A stretch of DNA of 64,000 nucleotides from a virus (IMGVR_UViG_3300012208_000002), one strand, 5' to 3'; positions 47,456 through 56,620 are shown, numbered from the stretch's first letter. Notes: generated by a model from the sequence alone, not told the origin. Translations and numbers: made by a program.

Positions 47456-49034
47456 CGCTCCCTTCTACCGATTCCTCGGGTTCATAGTTTTCGTATTCTC
47501 TGCCTTCCAAAAACATGCTACGACTTCCTGACCAACTAATCTGTAATGTCTCTGCTGCGCGGCTCGCTGCTACGAAGAAGATGCGACGCTCCTCCGTTAG
47601 CTCTCCGTCTCTGTGGGGCATCTTTCCTTGTTCGCAGCCGATAATGAAGACGTGCTTGGCTTCTCTGCCCTTAAACTGATGCACCGTGCTCAGAGTCAGG
47701 TCCTTCTCTTTCTTTGACTTTCTTCCGTACGTAGCCTTCCTAGCCCAATTCAGGAATTCCTTGAGCGTCCCCTTGCCTGCTGACATCTTGACTAGATTAT
47801 TCATGTTCTCGATAGGGTCCGAATACATAGGGTCGCCTGAACTGCGATAGCGGTTAAAGAGATTGTTATTTCTGATTATGTCTTGCAGTGACTCCGCCGC
47901 GTTATTTGAGGGCGGCGCATCCTTTGCCAGGGTCAATAGCGCCTTAATCTCGTTCTGGTCAAAGAAGTCCTTCTTTCCCAGATTCCTGTACTTGATATTC
48001 TTGGACGCGGCAATTCTCTGTACATCGAATAACTGCCTATTCGTTCTGGCTATGATTACCGAATTCTCTGGGTCCTTGACAGCTTCCTTTAGCACTTCAC
48101 GAACTTCAGTCTCCGAATCAGGATAGCGTACTAAGACAGGGTCTACGCCTTCGGGATTGCTCGTCATCATATGCGAAGCAAGACCGTTATCGACTGGAAT
48201 TACTTCTTTGACGAATTGTACAAGTCTTCCAGTGCTTCTGTAATTTTGTCCGAGATATAGCGTTCGGGCTCCTGGGAACTTTCTAGAAAAAGTTGAGAGA
48301 TTACCAGGTTGCGCTGAACGCCATTCATAGATAAGTTGATTTTCATCTCCCACGGCCATGATGTTTCCGTGAAAGAGTAACTGAAGGAGTCTAAATTGGA
48401 CAACGTCAGTGTCCTGACATTCATCCACTGAAAGATACCTTTTCTTATTACGTTTTCTAACATCTTCATTTGTCTCCAAAAGTTTTACGGTCTCTCGCAT
48501 CAGAGAGTCAAAATCTAGCCACCCTTGCGAACGGCACGTTTCCTCATAGTCCTGATACGCGCTTGCGTAGTAATATTCTTTACCTATTGCTTCCCGAATT
48601 GCCTGCTCTGGCTCTACATTGGACCGCTTCCACTCTGATAGTTTACCTTGCAGAGTCCGGAAACTTGAGATAGCCGGATACATCTTGACCAGGTCGAACA
48701 ACAGTTGATAGTCCTCCCCACGAACAGGGATAACCGTATCCGTCAGTTTAAACGGTAGATGCGCCCTTTCCTTCTTAATGAATTCCAGAGCGAAGCTATG
48801 GAACGTCCTGAACACCTTCCCCGCGTCCATAAGCCCGACACGGTGCGCAGCCTCCGTAGCTGCTGAGTTAGTGAAGGTCAGGTTCAGGATATCGCTAACC
48901 TGAATGCCCTTGCCTATCATATTCAGGAAGCGCTCGACCATACAGGCCGTCTTGCCGCTCCCCGGACCCGCAATAGTGACCCAGACCCCGTCTATGGCGT
49001 TAACCACCGCCTTCTGTTGTTCGTTAAGATTCAT
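47424..49034 (-). CDS. UvrD/Rep-family SF1 DNA helicase
   Basis: Motif I is AGPGSGKT, motif Ia is TFTNSAA and motif II is DECQDT. Confidence 0.85.
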   Translation of the reverse strand: MNLNEQQKAVVNAIDGVWVTIAGPGSGKTACMVERFLNMIGKGIQVSDILNLTFTNSAATEAAHRVGLMDAGKVFRTFHSFALEFIKKERAHLPFKLTDTVIPVRGEDYQLLFDLVKMYPAISSFRTLQGKLSEWKRSNVEPEQAIREAIGKEYYYASAYQDYEETCRSQGWLDFDSLMRETVKLLETNEDVRKRNKKRYLSVDECQDTDVVQFRLLQLLFHGNIMAVGDENQLIYEWRSAQPGNLSTFSRKFPGARTLYLGQNYRSTGRLVQFVKEVIPVDNGLASHMMTSNPEGVDPVLVRYPDSETEVREVLKEAVKDPENSVIIARTNRQLFDVQRIAASKNIKYRNLGKKDFFDQNEIKALLTLAKDAPPSNNAAESLQDIIRNNNLFNRYRSSGDPMYSDPIENMNNLVKMSAGKGTLKEFLNWARKATYGRKSKKEKDLTLSTVHQFKGREAKHVFIIGCEQGKMPHRDGELTEERRIFFVAASRAAETLQISWSGSRSMFLEGREYENYEPEESVEGSDGIFIHQQQG

Positions 49035-50434
49035 ATCCCGATTGACTCTTCAACGTACTTCACTGTGGCCGCTGGACCTTCTGTCTTAATTTTATTCTCC
49101 AGGACCGTGAGATATTTTTCCCACTGCTCGACGGTCAGTTCATTCATATTGGTAACATCTGAAAACATCATATTGGCGAATGCTCGCATCTTATCCGCGT
49201 TGCCCATTCCCTCTTTCGGAGCAAAGCCATGCGGCTCTAGGTAGTCGTTCACGACACGGAACAGACGTTGGCGGAATGGCTTGACCTGGTCTGGAGTTAA
49301 ACGAGGTTTCGTTATGATATTTACAGGACTATTAGGGTTTAACTGTCCGTCTTCATTTCTACGTGTTGCTTTTTCCAACTCCACCAAACTAGCGATAGCT
49401 GATACCTGCGCCTGGGTCTTGGGGTCTTGCGAGACAGGAATCATAGTCGTCTGTATGCGTTCTACATCTTTTGGCTCTGGGACGATAGACTTCACAGGCA
49501 CGGGTTCACTAGGTCCTAAATCGACCTTCGGCTTATTGGGGCTGCGTGGCTTTCTGGTCTTCTTAGGCGCGACTTCTATAACGGGATTAGCGTGCGTAGG
49601 CTCTATTCCCATTTCTTGTCGTCTAGCACTTTCGTTCAAGGAAGCGATAGCGTCAGCACGGAGCTTGGCTTGAAACGCCTCAAATTCTTCTTGAGTATTA
49701 TGCCTAATGCCATCTCCAACCACCGTAAATTTTGTGATATCGTGAAACATATTTCCGCAGGGCACATTCGATTCTACACACTTCGTCATGTCGTGAGTCG
49801 GGTCTTGCCTTAACAACTGACCTTGGGTATTACTTGACGTGCCCGATATTGCTGCCGTGACCTCATCTAACTTGGCGTTGACGGCGGCTTGTTCAACTTT
49901 ATGCTCTGGGGTGATATCTTTGCCGGGAGCGTTGCTGACTGCCACCGATGGCGGAGGAACGATAGCCAACTGTGATGGCGCATTCTGACTCTGGTTTGTA
50001 AAAGCGCTGACTTCGGATTCGTCCAGAATTGCCAGACCGACGAACTGTAGCGTCAAGCGTCGAAGTGCCCGAGTCTGGGCCGTAGCGACAGCAGCCGCTA
50101 GACGGTCACCCTTGAGACCTTCAATCGTATAAGCGCCAATGGCAATCTCTTGCCGTCCCGCCTTGTTCTTCCCTGTCGCTTTAAAGCTGACGTAACCAGG
50201 GCCGTCATGCTGCTCAAGGTCGGATACGGTAATCCCGTGAATGTCTCGAAGGATGTCCGTGGTTCCACGGCGGGCATACGCAGTGAGACGCGAGGGTCCT
50301 TCGTTTGTATTCAACCAGATAAGGTCCAATCCGTTCAAGTCAGGGTCTAGTCCCAAGTATACGCTAGCGTCCTTAAGATATTGAAGACGCTGTGGTTCGT
50401 TCAAAGTTTCCAAATTATGTATAATTTTAAACAT
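49031..50434 (-). CDS. putative ssDNA-annealing protein (Erf-like N-terminus) with a long Pro/Ala/Thr-rich linker
   Basis: The N-terminal ~150 aa resemble Erf (KATGKNKAGRQEIAIGAYTIEGLKGDRLAAAVATAQTRALRRL). The call is weak. Confidence 0.35.
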   Translation of the reverse strand: MFKIIHNLETLNEPQRLQYLKDASVYLGLDPDLNGLDLIWLNTNEGPSRLTAYARRGTTDILRDIHGITVSDLEQHDGPGYVSFKATGKNKAGRQEIAIGAYTIEGLKGDRLAAAVATAQTRALRRLTLQFVGLAILDESEVSAFTNQSQNAPSQLAIVPPPSVAVSNAPGKDITPEHKVEQAAVNAKLDEVTAAISGTSSNTQGQLLRQDPTHDMTKCVESNVPCGNMFHDITKFTVVGDGIRHNTQEEFEAFQAKLRADAIASLNESARRQEMGIEPTHANPVIEVAPKKTRKPRSPNKPKVDLGPSEPVPVKSIVPEPKDVERIQTTMIPVSQDPKTQAQVSAIASLVELEKATRRNEDGQLNPNSPVNIITKPRLTPDQVKPFRQRLFRVVNDYLEPHGFAPKEGMGNADKMRAFANMMFSDVTNMNELTVEQWEKYLTVLENKIKTEGPAATVKYVEESIGI

Positions 50435-50439
50435 TTTCT

Positions 50440-50488
50440 CTCCTAAGTCATAGTACCATAGTTCTAGTACTTTGTCAAGCTTTATTTG
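50440..50488 (-). promoter_or_regulatory. sigma70-type promoter, copy D
   Basis: On the minus strand, AAATAAAGC-TTGACA is followed by 17 nt, then TACTAT, then a GGAGAG RBS before ATG 50434. Confidence 0.6.
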
Positions 50489-51570
50489 TGATAAAAGTTA
50501 TCTTCAAATCCATCTGAGCCTAGCGGCAGAGTCGGAGCCCAATATACGGGTCGATTCATAATCGCTTCCATTTCCTGTAAGCCTGGGGCGAACGGGTCAT
50601 CTAGCGACAGCCCGCCGCCTTCGTCATGCACATGGATTACTACTTCCATAATCTCTTCAATCTCCAGAAGCTTATCCGCTAGCACGTCTCGGGCAATTCC
50701 TTGCACTATGTTTTCGAATGTCTTTCCGCCGTGCGATACGACCAGGTCCCACTGTTTCGTGTCCTGGTTCATTCCGTAATATGTGAACGACGGTCTGTAG
50801 TCGTCCACCATCTGTATTTCAAACTTTATAGCGTTTCCGTCAGCATCGAATACTACAGGAACTTCTTTCTTTCTCTTCCAGGGCATCTTCACGGTTTCGA
50901 TTGCCGCATCCATATAATGCAGATAACGACCAGACGGCAATTGAATCCTGAGAATAGGTTTACGCTCTTCAATCGTCAGCTTGTCTATCTTGATGCAGTC
51001 ACCCGGGCCGACATAGCGAACCTTGCGCTCGCCTTGAAGCACATCCTTAATAGCTTCTTCGAGGATAACCCAGATTCCCTTTATCTGACCGTTGTATCCG
51101 TTTCCACAAATCTCAGGGTAGGACTCACGGAATATTCTCACAACTTCGTGAGCCTGCTCCTGAGTCATGTCTATGCCCATGCCCTCCGCGTAACCCCATA
51201 CTCCTGTTTTTATGTCGTCTTTGTTTTTATCCTTAGCCCATGAGCCGCCGCCCGACCTATAAATAGCTTGTAGCACCCCCGGCTTGGCGATCTGACGTTG
51301 ACGCTTTGCTTCCGCCTTAATCTTGGGGTCTTTAGACTTGATATCAGATTCCAACCGTTCGTACGGCATTCCTGTCAGCTTCACGGCAAAGTCTAAGTAC
51401 GGGTCACGCCCATCTATAAAGACTTGAAGAAGAGACGGGCACTGCGCGACCCACGCGCCTACGCGGGTTTCGATAGCGTTCAAATCGCACACGTTGAACC
51501 GCTGCCCTTCAGAGGCAACGAACACGGTCCTGATTACGTTCGTTGCGATAATTAGCGGAGAGTATTTCAT
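50482..51570 (-). CDS. family A DNA polymerase, C-terminal (palm/fingers) part
   Basis: Motif A is DLNAIETRVGAW, motif B is RQIAKPGVLQAIYRSGG and motif C is HVHDE. Confidence 0.8.
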   Translation of the reverse strand: MKYSPLIIATNVIRTVFVASEGQRFNVCDLNAIETRVGAWVAQCPSLLQVFIDGRDPYLDFAVKLTGMPYERLESDIKSKDPKIKAEAKRQRQIAKPGVLQAIYRSGGGSWAKDKNKDDIKTGVWGYAEGMGIDMTQEQAHEVVRIFRESYPEICGNGYNGQIKGIWVILEEAIKDVLQGERKVRYVGPGDCIKIDKLTIEERKPILRIQLPSGRYLHYMDAAIETVKMPWKRKKEVPVVFDADGNAIKFEIQMVDDYRPSFTYYGMNQDTKQWDLVVSHGGKTFENIVQGIARDVLADKLLEIEEIMEVVIHVHDEGGGLSLDDPFAPGLQEMEAIMNRPVYWAPTLPLGSDGFEDNFYHK

Positions 51571-52721
51571 TTCTTTTTCTCTGGCATATCAAATGCGCTC
51601 TTCAGTCCGTCATAGTCATCTTCGTAGATGAAATTTCTCGCCTTCTTAACATTGTCCAGGTCCTCGAATGTGTTGTCAGGTCGTGCCATGTTGTGAAGCT
51701 GGACGGCGTTTCCTGCCCAACGACCACATCTAGGGCTACCCATAAAGATAAACTGATTACGAAGCCTATTATCTGGACTGATATTACGCAGTATTGACTG
51801 AAGCTTTTTATAGCTTGTAGAGCCTGCCTCCAACCGTGCTGTAAGAACACTCCTGCACTCCTCTGTTAGGTTAACTTCTGAATTTTTCAATACTAGTTCA
51901 ACGTTCTGCTTACGAAGATTCTTTAACGGGTACCCACGAGCCCGCAGCCACGGCAATAATTGCGTTGGGGAGTTAGCATTCTCTAGCCCCGTTGCCTTAT
52001 TCTGTTCTTCAAGCTTCTCTTTCTTGTTGCGGTCAGCTATCTTAAACAACTTCTCCACAAATCCACGGTCAGTAGGCATCCCACGGTCATTCACTTTCTG
52101 GTCGAACAGCCAAATTTTACGTTCTCTCGGTGGCAAGGGAAATACGCCCAGGAGCATCTCACGACGAGCGACTTCTTGCTCTGCGACACAGTCCTGCTTA
52201 CAGTACTCGCAGTACTCAATCCACTCTTTCGGGTGCGAATTCCAGTCATTGAAGTATATTCCTCCGCCGTCTTTCTTCTTTCGAGTTTGCGGGAATGAAA
52301 ATAGCTTCATCAGTTCTTCGCCGCGCTCGTCCTTACGTAGCTCCATAGGCAGACCCAGGATCATGCCGATATCCTCTAAACTTGCTGGCAAAGACAGGTA
52401 ACGTGCGCTGGCTTGCGGGTCCTGGAAACGGCATGCAGGAATCGTAAACCCCAGAACGTATTGAAATATGTAGCGCTCGAATGCGGAATTAAGCGCTATG
52501 ATATCCACATGCGGGTCGTGTATAGCAGCCCACAATTTTGGCGGCATAGGTCCTAAATGTAGCTCCCACAGTTCCATCGGGGTAACTTTATCAGCCAAAT
52601 CCTGGACGATTCTCCATCCTAGCATGAGCGCACGGGTAGTCGGGTGAATTGCGTAGTTGTGCAATCCGACCTCAGTCAACTCCGCTTCCGATGCGGTTTC
52701 GAAATCTAAAACAAGATACAT
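51567..52721 (-). CDS. family A DNA polymerase, N-terminal 3'-5' exonuclease part
   Basis: Exo I is LVLDFETAS. The ORF ends one nucleotide out of frame with the downstream polymerase ORF. Confidence 0.8.
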   Translation of the reverse strand: MYLVLDFETASEAELTEVGLHNYAIHPTTRALMLGWRIVQDLADKVTPMELWELHLGPMPPKLWAAIHDPHVDIIALNSAFERYIFQYVLGFTIPACRFQDPQASARYLSLPASLEDIGMILGLPMELRKDERGEELMKLFSFPQTRKKKDGGGIYFNDWNSHPKEWIEYCEYCKQDCVAEQEVARREMLLGVFPLPPRERKIWLFDQKVNDRGMPTDRGFVEKLFKIADRNKKEKLEEQNKATGLENANSPTQLLPWLRARGYPLKNLRKQNVELVLKNSEVNLTEECRSVLTARLEAGSTSYKKLQSILRNISPDNRLRNQFIFMGSPRCGRWAGNAVQLHNMARPDNTFEDLDNVKKARNFIYEDDYDGLKSAFDMPEKKK

Positions 52722-53128
52722 TAAAATTTCTTCCCGTTTTCCTTTAGCCGTTCTGCCGCCGTGTGGTCTTTGCGAGTCGAATTATAAGCCATTTTCTCTA
52801 CGAATGCCCCGCCTATATCATACCCGAATCCGCCTGCGTAGTCAAATATTCTTATTAAGGCGTCTGCTAGCTCGACTTCTGCCATCGGGCGATGCGGCAG
52901 CTTATCGTCCATCAAATTCTTACGCTCTCCCTCCATAGCCTCGGCAATCTCACTGACGATTAACATGAGCAACTCCCCTCGATTACGATTAAGGGGCTCG
53001 CCTGTTGCGGGGTCCTTCCACCACTTATCATTTTCGCTTCGACAAACCCTTGCCAACTTATTAAGCATTCGTGCAGTGAAGTCCTCAGAATTAACATCAT
53101 ACTTGTAATACGGCGCTACTGTTTCCAT
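52721..53128 (-). CDS. MazG-like nucleoside triphosphate pyrophosphohydrolase
   Basis: GELLMLIVSEIAEAMEG ... EVELADALIRIFDYA is the all-alpha NTP-PPase pattern. Confidence 0.6.
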   Translation of the reverse strand: METVAPYYKYDVNSEDFTARMLNKLARVCRSENDKWWKDPATGEPLNRNRGELLMLIVSEIAEAMEGERKNLMDDKLPHRPMAEVELADALIRIFDYAGGFGYDIGGAFVEKMAYNSTRKDHTAAERLKENGKKF

Positions 53129-53717
53129 TGTTTTGTACCTCTTTTAGCTCGTAAAATAAACCTTCCTTAGAGAAAAATACACCCGTTGCAAATTGTACCA
53201 TGACATCATACCGCTCTGGTTCCTGGTCGAACAAAATATATCCTGGCTTGCCTTTGCCGATAGTGTAGCCTAGCTCCAGGTGCGCTGACTTCCCCGCTGG
53301 CATAAGCATTACAGCCGCATCACAACGGTCTAGATTAGACTTGTCGAATTCGTAGACGTGCGTAGCTGCGGGACTCTTAAGCGCCTGTCCGTAGGATAGC
53401 CCTCGTGCCGTAGCGTAATCGCGCCAGTAATCATCCGCCTGCGGTCCTGGTGCATACCAGTCCGCGAATGCTTCGAAGCCTTGTGCTTGAAGTTCATTAG
53501 CAAACTTAGGAATCTCAGGATTTCTCAGCGAACCTATGATATAAATCGATTTTATTTTCTTAGGGACGGTGAAAGCACGACCGAATGGTGCCTGAATCGT
53601 ATCCTTCCTGCACTCTTCACATGTGCTAACACTATCCCAACCTGGGTGACCGTGATTTTTAGACTTGTTTTCAATGACTGTCCACTCTGAATGACCGATA
53701 TCAGTTTTCTTAAACAT
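53097..53717 (-). CDS. DNPH1/nucleoside 2-deoxyribosyltransferase-family protein with N-terminal Cys/His extension
   Basis: SIYIIGSLRNP ... AAVMLMPAGKSAHLELGYTIGKGKPGYILF follows the DNPH1/Rcl pattern YFCGSIRGG...SLGVGYELG. Confidence 0.55.
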   Translation of the reverse strand: MFKKTDIGHSEWTVIENKSKNHGHPGWDSVSTCEECRKDTIQAPFGRAFTVPKKIKSIYIIGSLRNPEIPKFANELQAQGFEAFADWYAPGPQADDYWRDYATARGLSYGQALKSPAATHVYEFDKSNLDRCDAAVMLMPAGKSAHLELGYTIGKGKPGYILFDQEPERYDVMVQFATGVFFSKEGLFYELKEVQNNGNSSAVLQV

Positions 53718-53718
53718 T

Positions 53719-55758
53719 TTACTCCTCGTCTTCTTCTATGCTTCGCATTAGAATTACTTGAAATGGGTCGCTCTTGATTCCTGTGCCTGTCTCTGCGATG
53801 TATCCGTTCTTCTGCAATCCGTAATAGCATTGATTGTATATCGAGACACCGTAGCGTATCGGGTGTACGATTCTCTCTAACTCTCGCTTAGGCATAGCAC
53901 CTGAATTTCTCTGGAGCGTCTGCATAATCTCGTTCTGAATCGTCCCTTCGCGGCTGGAACTTTCAAATGTCCTGAGATACTTCTTAGCCGCTATCTCGTA
54001 CTTACATATCGCTATAGCTCTTTCAATACATTCAGAATCCACAAAATCACGTCCGAGGTCCACCGCAAAGTACAGTGACAGCTTCTCGACTCGACTCGCT
54101 CCCCTGATTCCTATCTTGCCTATGACTGCTTCAAGCGAAGTAGAGTCTTCGATGCTGTAAACTCCCTGTTTAACTGCTTTATCAACTCTCTTACGAGTCT
54201 CTAGCGCAGCCTCTTTAGTGTCTACAAGAGTAAACGGGGTCAACGGCTTTAGTATCTCTGGCTGATACAGGAAAAAGAATCTGTCGTCCATACCAGAGCT
54301 ATCTCCCGCCATCCTGCTCCACTGCTTATGAAAGTTTTTGTCCGTCGTGCAAGCGATCAAACTTGTACAGTACGACCCGATATCAAAATTGAAGCTCTCT
54401 TTCTTGCCCTTGATGAGACTTGAAAACTTCTTTGACTCGTGCATGGTCAATAGCTGCGGCAGAAGAGAGCTTCCTTCGATGCCCGCCTTAGCAGTAAGTA
54501 AGCTTAATTCATCGTAGTATGCCACGGCATTCTTGCAGTTGGTTCTGGTCATTTCGACACCTAGACCCTCGGCGGAGCTAGGAGTGAATACTAAGGACTT
54601 TCCTTCTGCATTCCTAATCGAAGGGCTAGCGTCATCTACTAATCCAGCGAAGTGCAGGTATTGAATCACGTCCGCCACAGACGAAGACTTGATTACTCTC
54701 CCCTTCTGCCCAATCAAAACCATGTAGAAGGACGGAATGACATTCTTGTACTCTACACGGACCTTCAACGCTAGATAATTAAGCATCAATGCCACGGCTG
54801 GCATAAACATGAATTCAGGGTATCTGGAATTCTTCTCGCAGATAGGGGCGATGAGTCCGTCGTATACACTCGTACCCTTCATCACCCATCTAGGAAACAC
54901 GGGATACGCAACAGACTTAGCTAGTTCACGTTCGGGTGCCTCTTGCGGCGTGTTTTGGGCTAACGGAGTGCCGCCTAAAATCACTGGCGGCGCTACCGTG
55001 ACCGCGTACTTTCCGATACTGTTAGCAATCGTTTTGACTTCCTGCTCAGACATCGGTGGCTGGCATCGCTTTTGATTAACAGAGAGTCCGAACTGGAGAA
55101 GTTGTTCCTTATCCATGCTCAGGACTTGGCGTGCTTTGCCTAGAATACTAGCCAATGCAGAGTTACGGGAACCAGATGGAATCGGAGTCGTGTCGTCTAG
55201 TTCTAGATTGCCCGTGGAAACAATATCACTCCCACGGTGCGACATACACCATTGTACCAGCCATTCCGGGGCAGGGATAATCGGAAGGTCACGTAACGTC
55301 TCGTACTTTTTCCCAGAAGTTGGGTGGTAGCTGCCCGGAGCAACCACGTAGCGGTTATCAACGCGAGCAGACCAGGCTTCTTTACCATTTTCATCTTTTC
55401 CTTGCAGATTGCCCATTGCGATACTCGCAGGGGTCTGCTTAAAATAAAAGTGCCCTCGACCAGGGGAAGAGCGCACCATGAATGTGTCGGGAATTTTTTG
55501 TTGGGTTTGTTCTTCGATAGTCTGGACGAATCCTTGCTTATCAATCTCAAGGAACCAGATACCGTCTGGCTTGGCGAACGCTACGCACGCACCGTTAGCG
55601 TCGGAGTACTCCTCGTCCCAGGACCCTACTTTAATGGGGTCTGTAGACGCAATTTCCTGCCAGTTATTTAGGAAGGCTATCTTTGTCTTCGGTCGAAGCG
55701 GAATTACGGGCACGCCGCGAGCAACCAAAGGTTCTGCTATTGATTTGAATAATCCCAC
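53719..55758 (-). CDS. primase-polymerase (AEP PrimPol N-terminal domain) with large C-terminal domain
   Basis: VPVIPLRPKTKIAFLNNWQ...DGIWFLEIDKQG...SSPGRGHFYF is the bifunctional primase/polymerase N-terminal signature. Confidence 0.65.
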   Translation of the reverse strand: MGLFKSIAEPLVARGVPVIPLRPKTKIAFLNNWQEIASTDPIKVGSWDEEYSDANGACVAFAKPDGIWFLEIDKQGFVQTIEEQTQQKIPDTFMVRSSPGRGHFYFKQTPASIAMGNLQGKDENGKEAWSARVDNRYVVAPGSYHPTSGKKYETLRDLPIIPAPEWLVQWCMSHRGSDIVSTGNLELDDTTPIPSGSRNSALASILGKARQVLSMDKEQLLQFGLSVNQKRCQPPMSEQEVKTIANSIGKYAVTVAPPVILGGTPLAQNTPQEAPERELAKSVAYPVFPRWVMKGTSVYDGLIAPICEKNSRYPEFMFMPAVALMLNYLALKVRVEYKNVIPSFYMVLIGQKGRVIKSSSVADVIQYLHFAGLVDDASPSIRNAEGKSLVFTPSSAEGLGVEMTRTNCKNAVAYYDELSLLTAKAGIEGSSLLPQLLTMHESKKFSSLIKGKKESFNFDIGSYCTSLIACTTDKNFHKQWSRMAGDSSGMDDRFFFLYQPEILKPLTPFTLVDTKEAALETRKRVDKAVKQGVYSIEDSTSLEAVIGKIGIRGASRVEKLSLYFAVDLGRDFVDSECIERAIAICKYEIAAKKYLRTFESSSREGTIQNEIMQTLQRNSGAMPKRELERIVHPIRYGVSIYNQCYYGLQKNGYIAETGTGIKSDPFQVILMRSIEEDEE

Positions 55759-55820
55759 ATGCGCTCCGTAAATTATCCTGTCTCTCCAGGTGCCAAGCCT
55801 AGTCGCGGCTTTCCGTATTG

Positions 55821-56423
55821 TTAGAACTTAACGTCTGCGCCTTGCTGTGTCGGCTGTTGCGTGGGTTGCGGGTACTGCACAGGGTTAGGCGTTGTCTGAG
55901 CGTCCTGTATAGGCTGTTGGGGCGGTTGGGGCGGTTGAGCGTAAGTCTGCACGGGCTGTCCCTGCGGACCTGCTGTGGTCTTCGGCTTGAACTTATCACG
56001 GATGAAGTCCGCTGGAACCAGAACCACTACTCCGGGGTCTGCCGGAAGATAGCCCTTGATGTTGGCGAAGTCCTTCGTTCCGTCTGCGCTCTTCTCGCGG
56101 TTGATCCAAAGTTTTCGAACCACGCCGATATAAGCCTCGATATCACGAGTCACATCTGGCGCTGTCCCGAGAATCTCTTTCAAATCTTTGTAGATATTTG
56201 ACTTCTCGTGAAAGCTTGAAATGTTATAGCGTTGAGCCACGGATAGCGGCTTTCCAGTTTCTTTTCCAATCACGTTCAGAATCCAGACGAATCGAACCAT
56301 CGGCTGTGTCTTACTCTGTCCTTGATAGGTCGTAGTTACTTTACCCAAGTCTACGATGTCCGCCAATATGCCGTGATGCAGGCCGCTGTCTGGCTTTTCA
56401 AACGTCTTTGTGGGGATAATCAT
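55821..56423 (-). CDS. hypothetical protein with Gln/Pro-rich C-terminal tail (start at MIIPTKT)
   Basis: AGGAG sits 6 nt upstream of the ATG at 56423. The ORF track extends the N-terminus through an upstream tandem repeat, which is an artefact. Confidence 0.5.
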   Translation of the reverse strand: MIIPTKTFEKPDSGLHHGILADIVDLGKVTTTYQGQSKTQPMVRFVWILNVIGKETGKPLSVAQRYNISSFHEKSNIYKDLKEILGTAPDVTRDIEAYIGVVRKLWINREKSADGTKDFANIKGYLPADPGVVVLVPADFIRDKFKPKTTAGPQGQPVQTYAQPPQPPQQPIQDAQTTPNPVQYPQPTQQPTQQGADVKF

Positions 56424-56620
56424 TGTTTCTCCTGTTTTTGTTCTGTTTGTGTTTTTTGTTCTGTTTGTGTTTTTACTTCTTTTACTGTTAATTCTACTCC
56501 GTCGTACACACAAAATCCTGCCGAACATCGGGGATAGATTTTCTGTGGCACTGCGGAATTAGTTATTCCTGCTTCTACAACATCGGGTCCGCAATTTACT
56601 ACGATAACAGTTGTTGTCAT
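56420..56620 (-). CDS. small protein ending in (TQTEQK)x2 encoded by an 18-nt tandem repeat
   Basis: ATGA overlap with the downstream gene. The repeat also supplies that gene's RBS. Confidence 0.4.
   Translation of the reverse strand: MTTTVIVVNCGPDVVEAGITNSAVPQKIYPRCSAGFCVYDGVELTVKEVKTQTEQKTQTEQKQEKQ

Noticed and set aside
28486-50488. TTTGTCAAGCTTTATTT repeats as transposon inverted repeats or att sites
   Set aside because: All four copies are in the same orientation and always intergenic. Each contains a perfect TTGACA followed at 17 nt by a -10-like hexamer and an RBS. Promoters explain them better than mobile-element ends.
56440-56480. Possible CRISPR-like or minisatellite array
   Set aside because: There are only two 18-nt units, no spacers, and they are coding. 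This is not a CRISPR array.
55821-56528. The long N-terminal extension of the ORF 55821..56528 (MFGRILCVRRSRINSKRSKNTNRTKNTNRTK...)
   Set aside because: The extension reads through the 18-nt tandem repeat in a second frame and overlaps the upstream 66-aa gene. AGGAG plus ATG at 56423 gives a clean ATGA-coupled start, so the short form is called.
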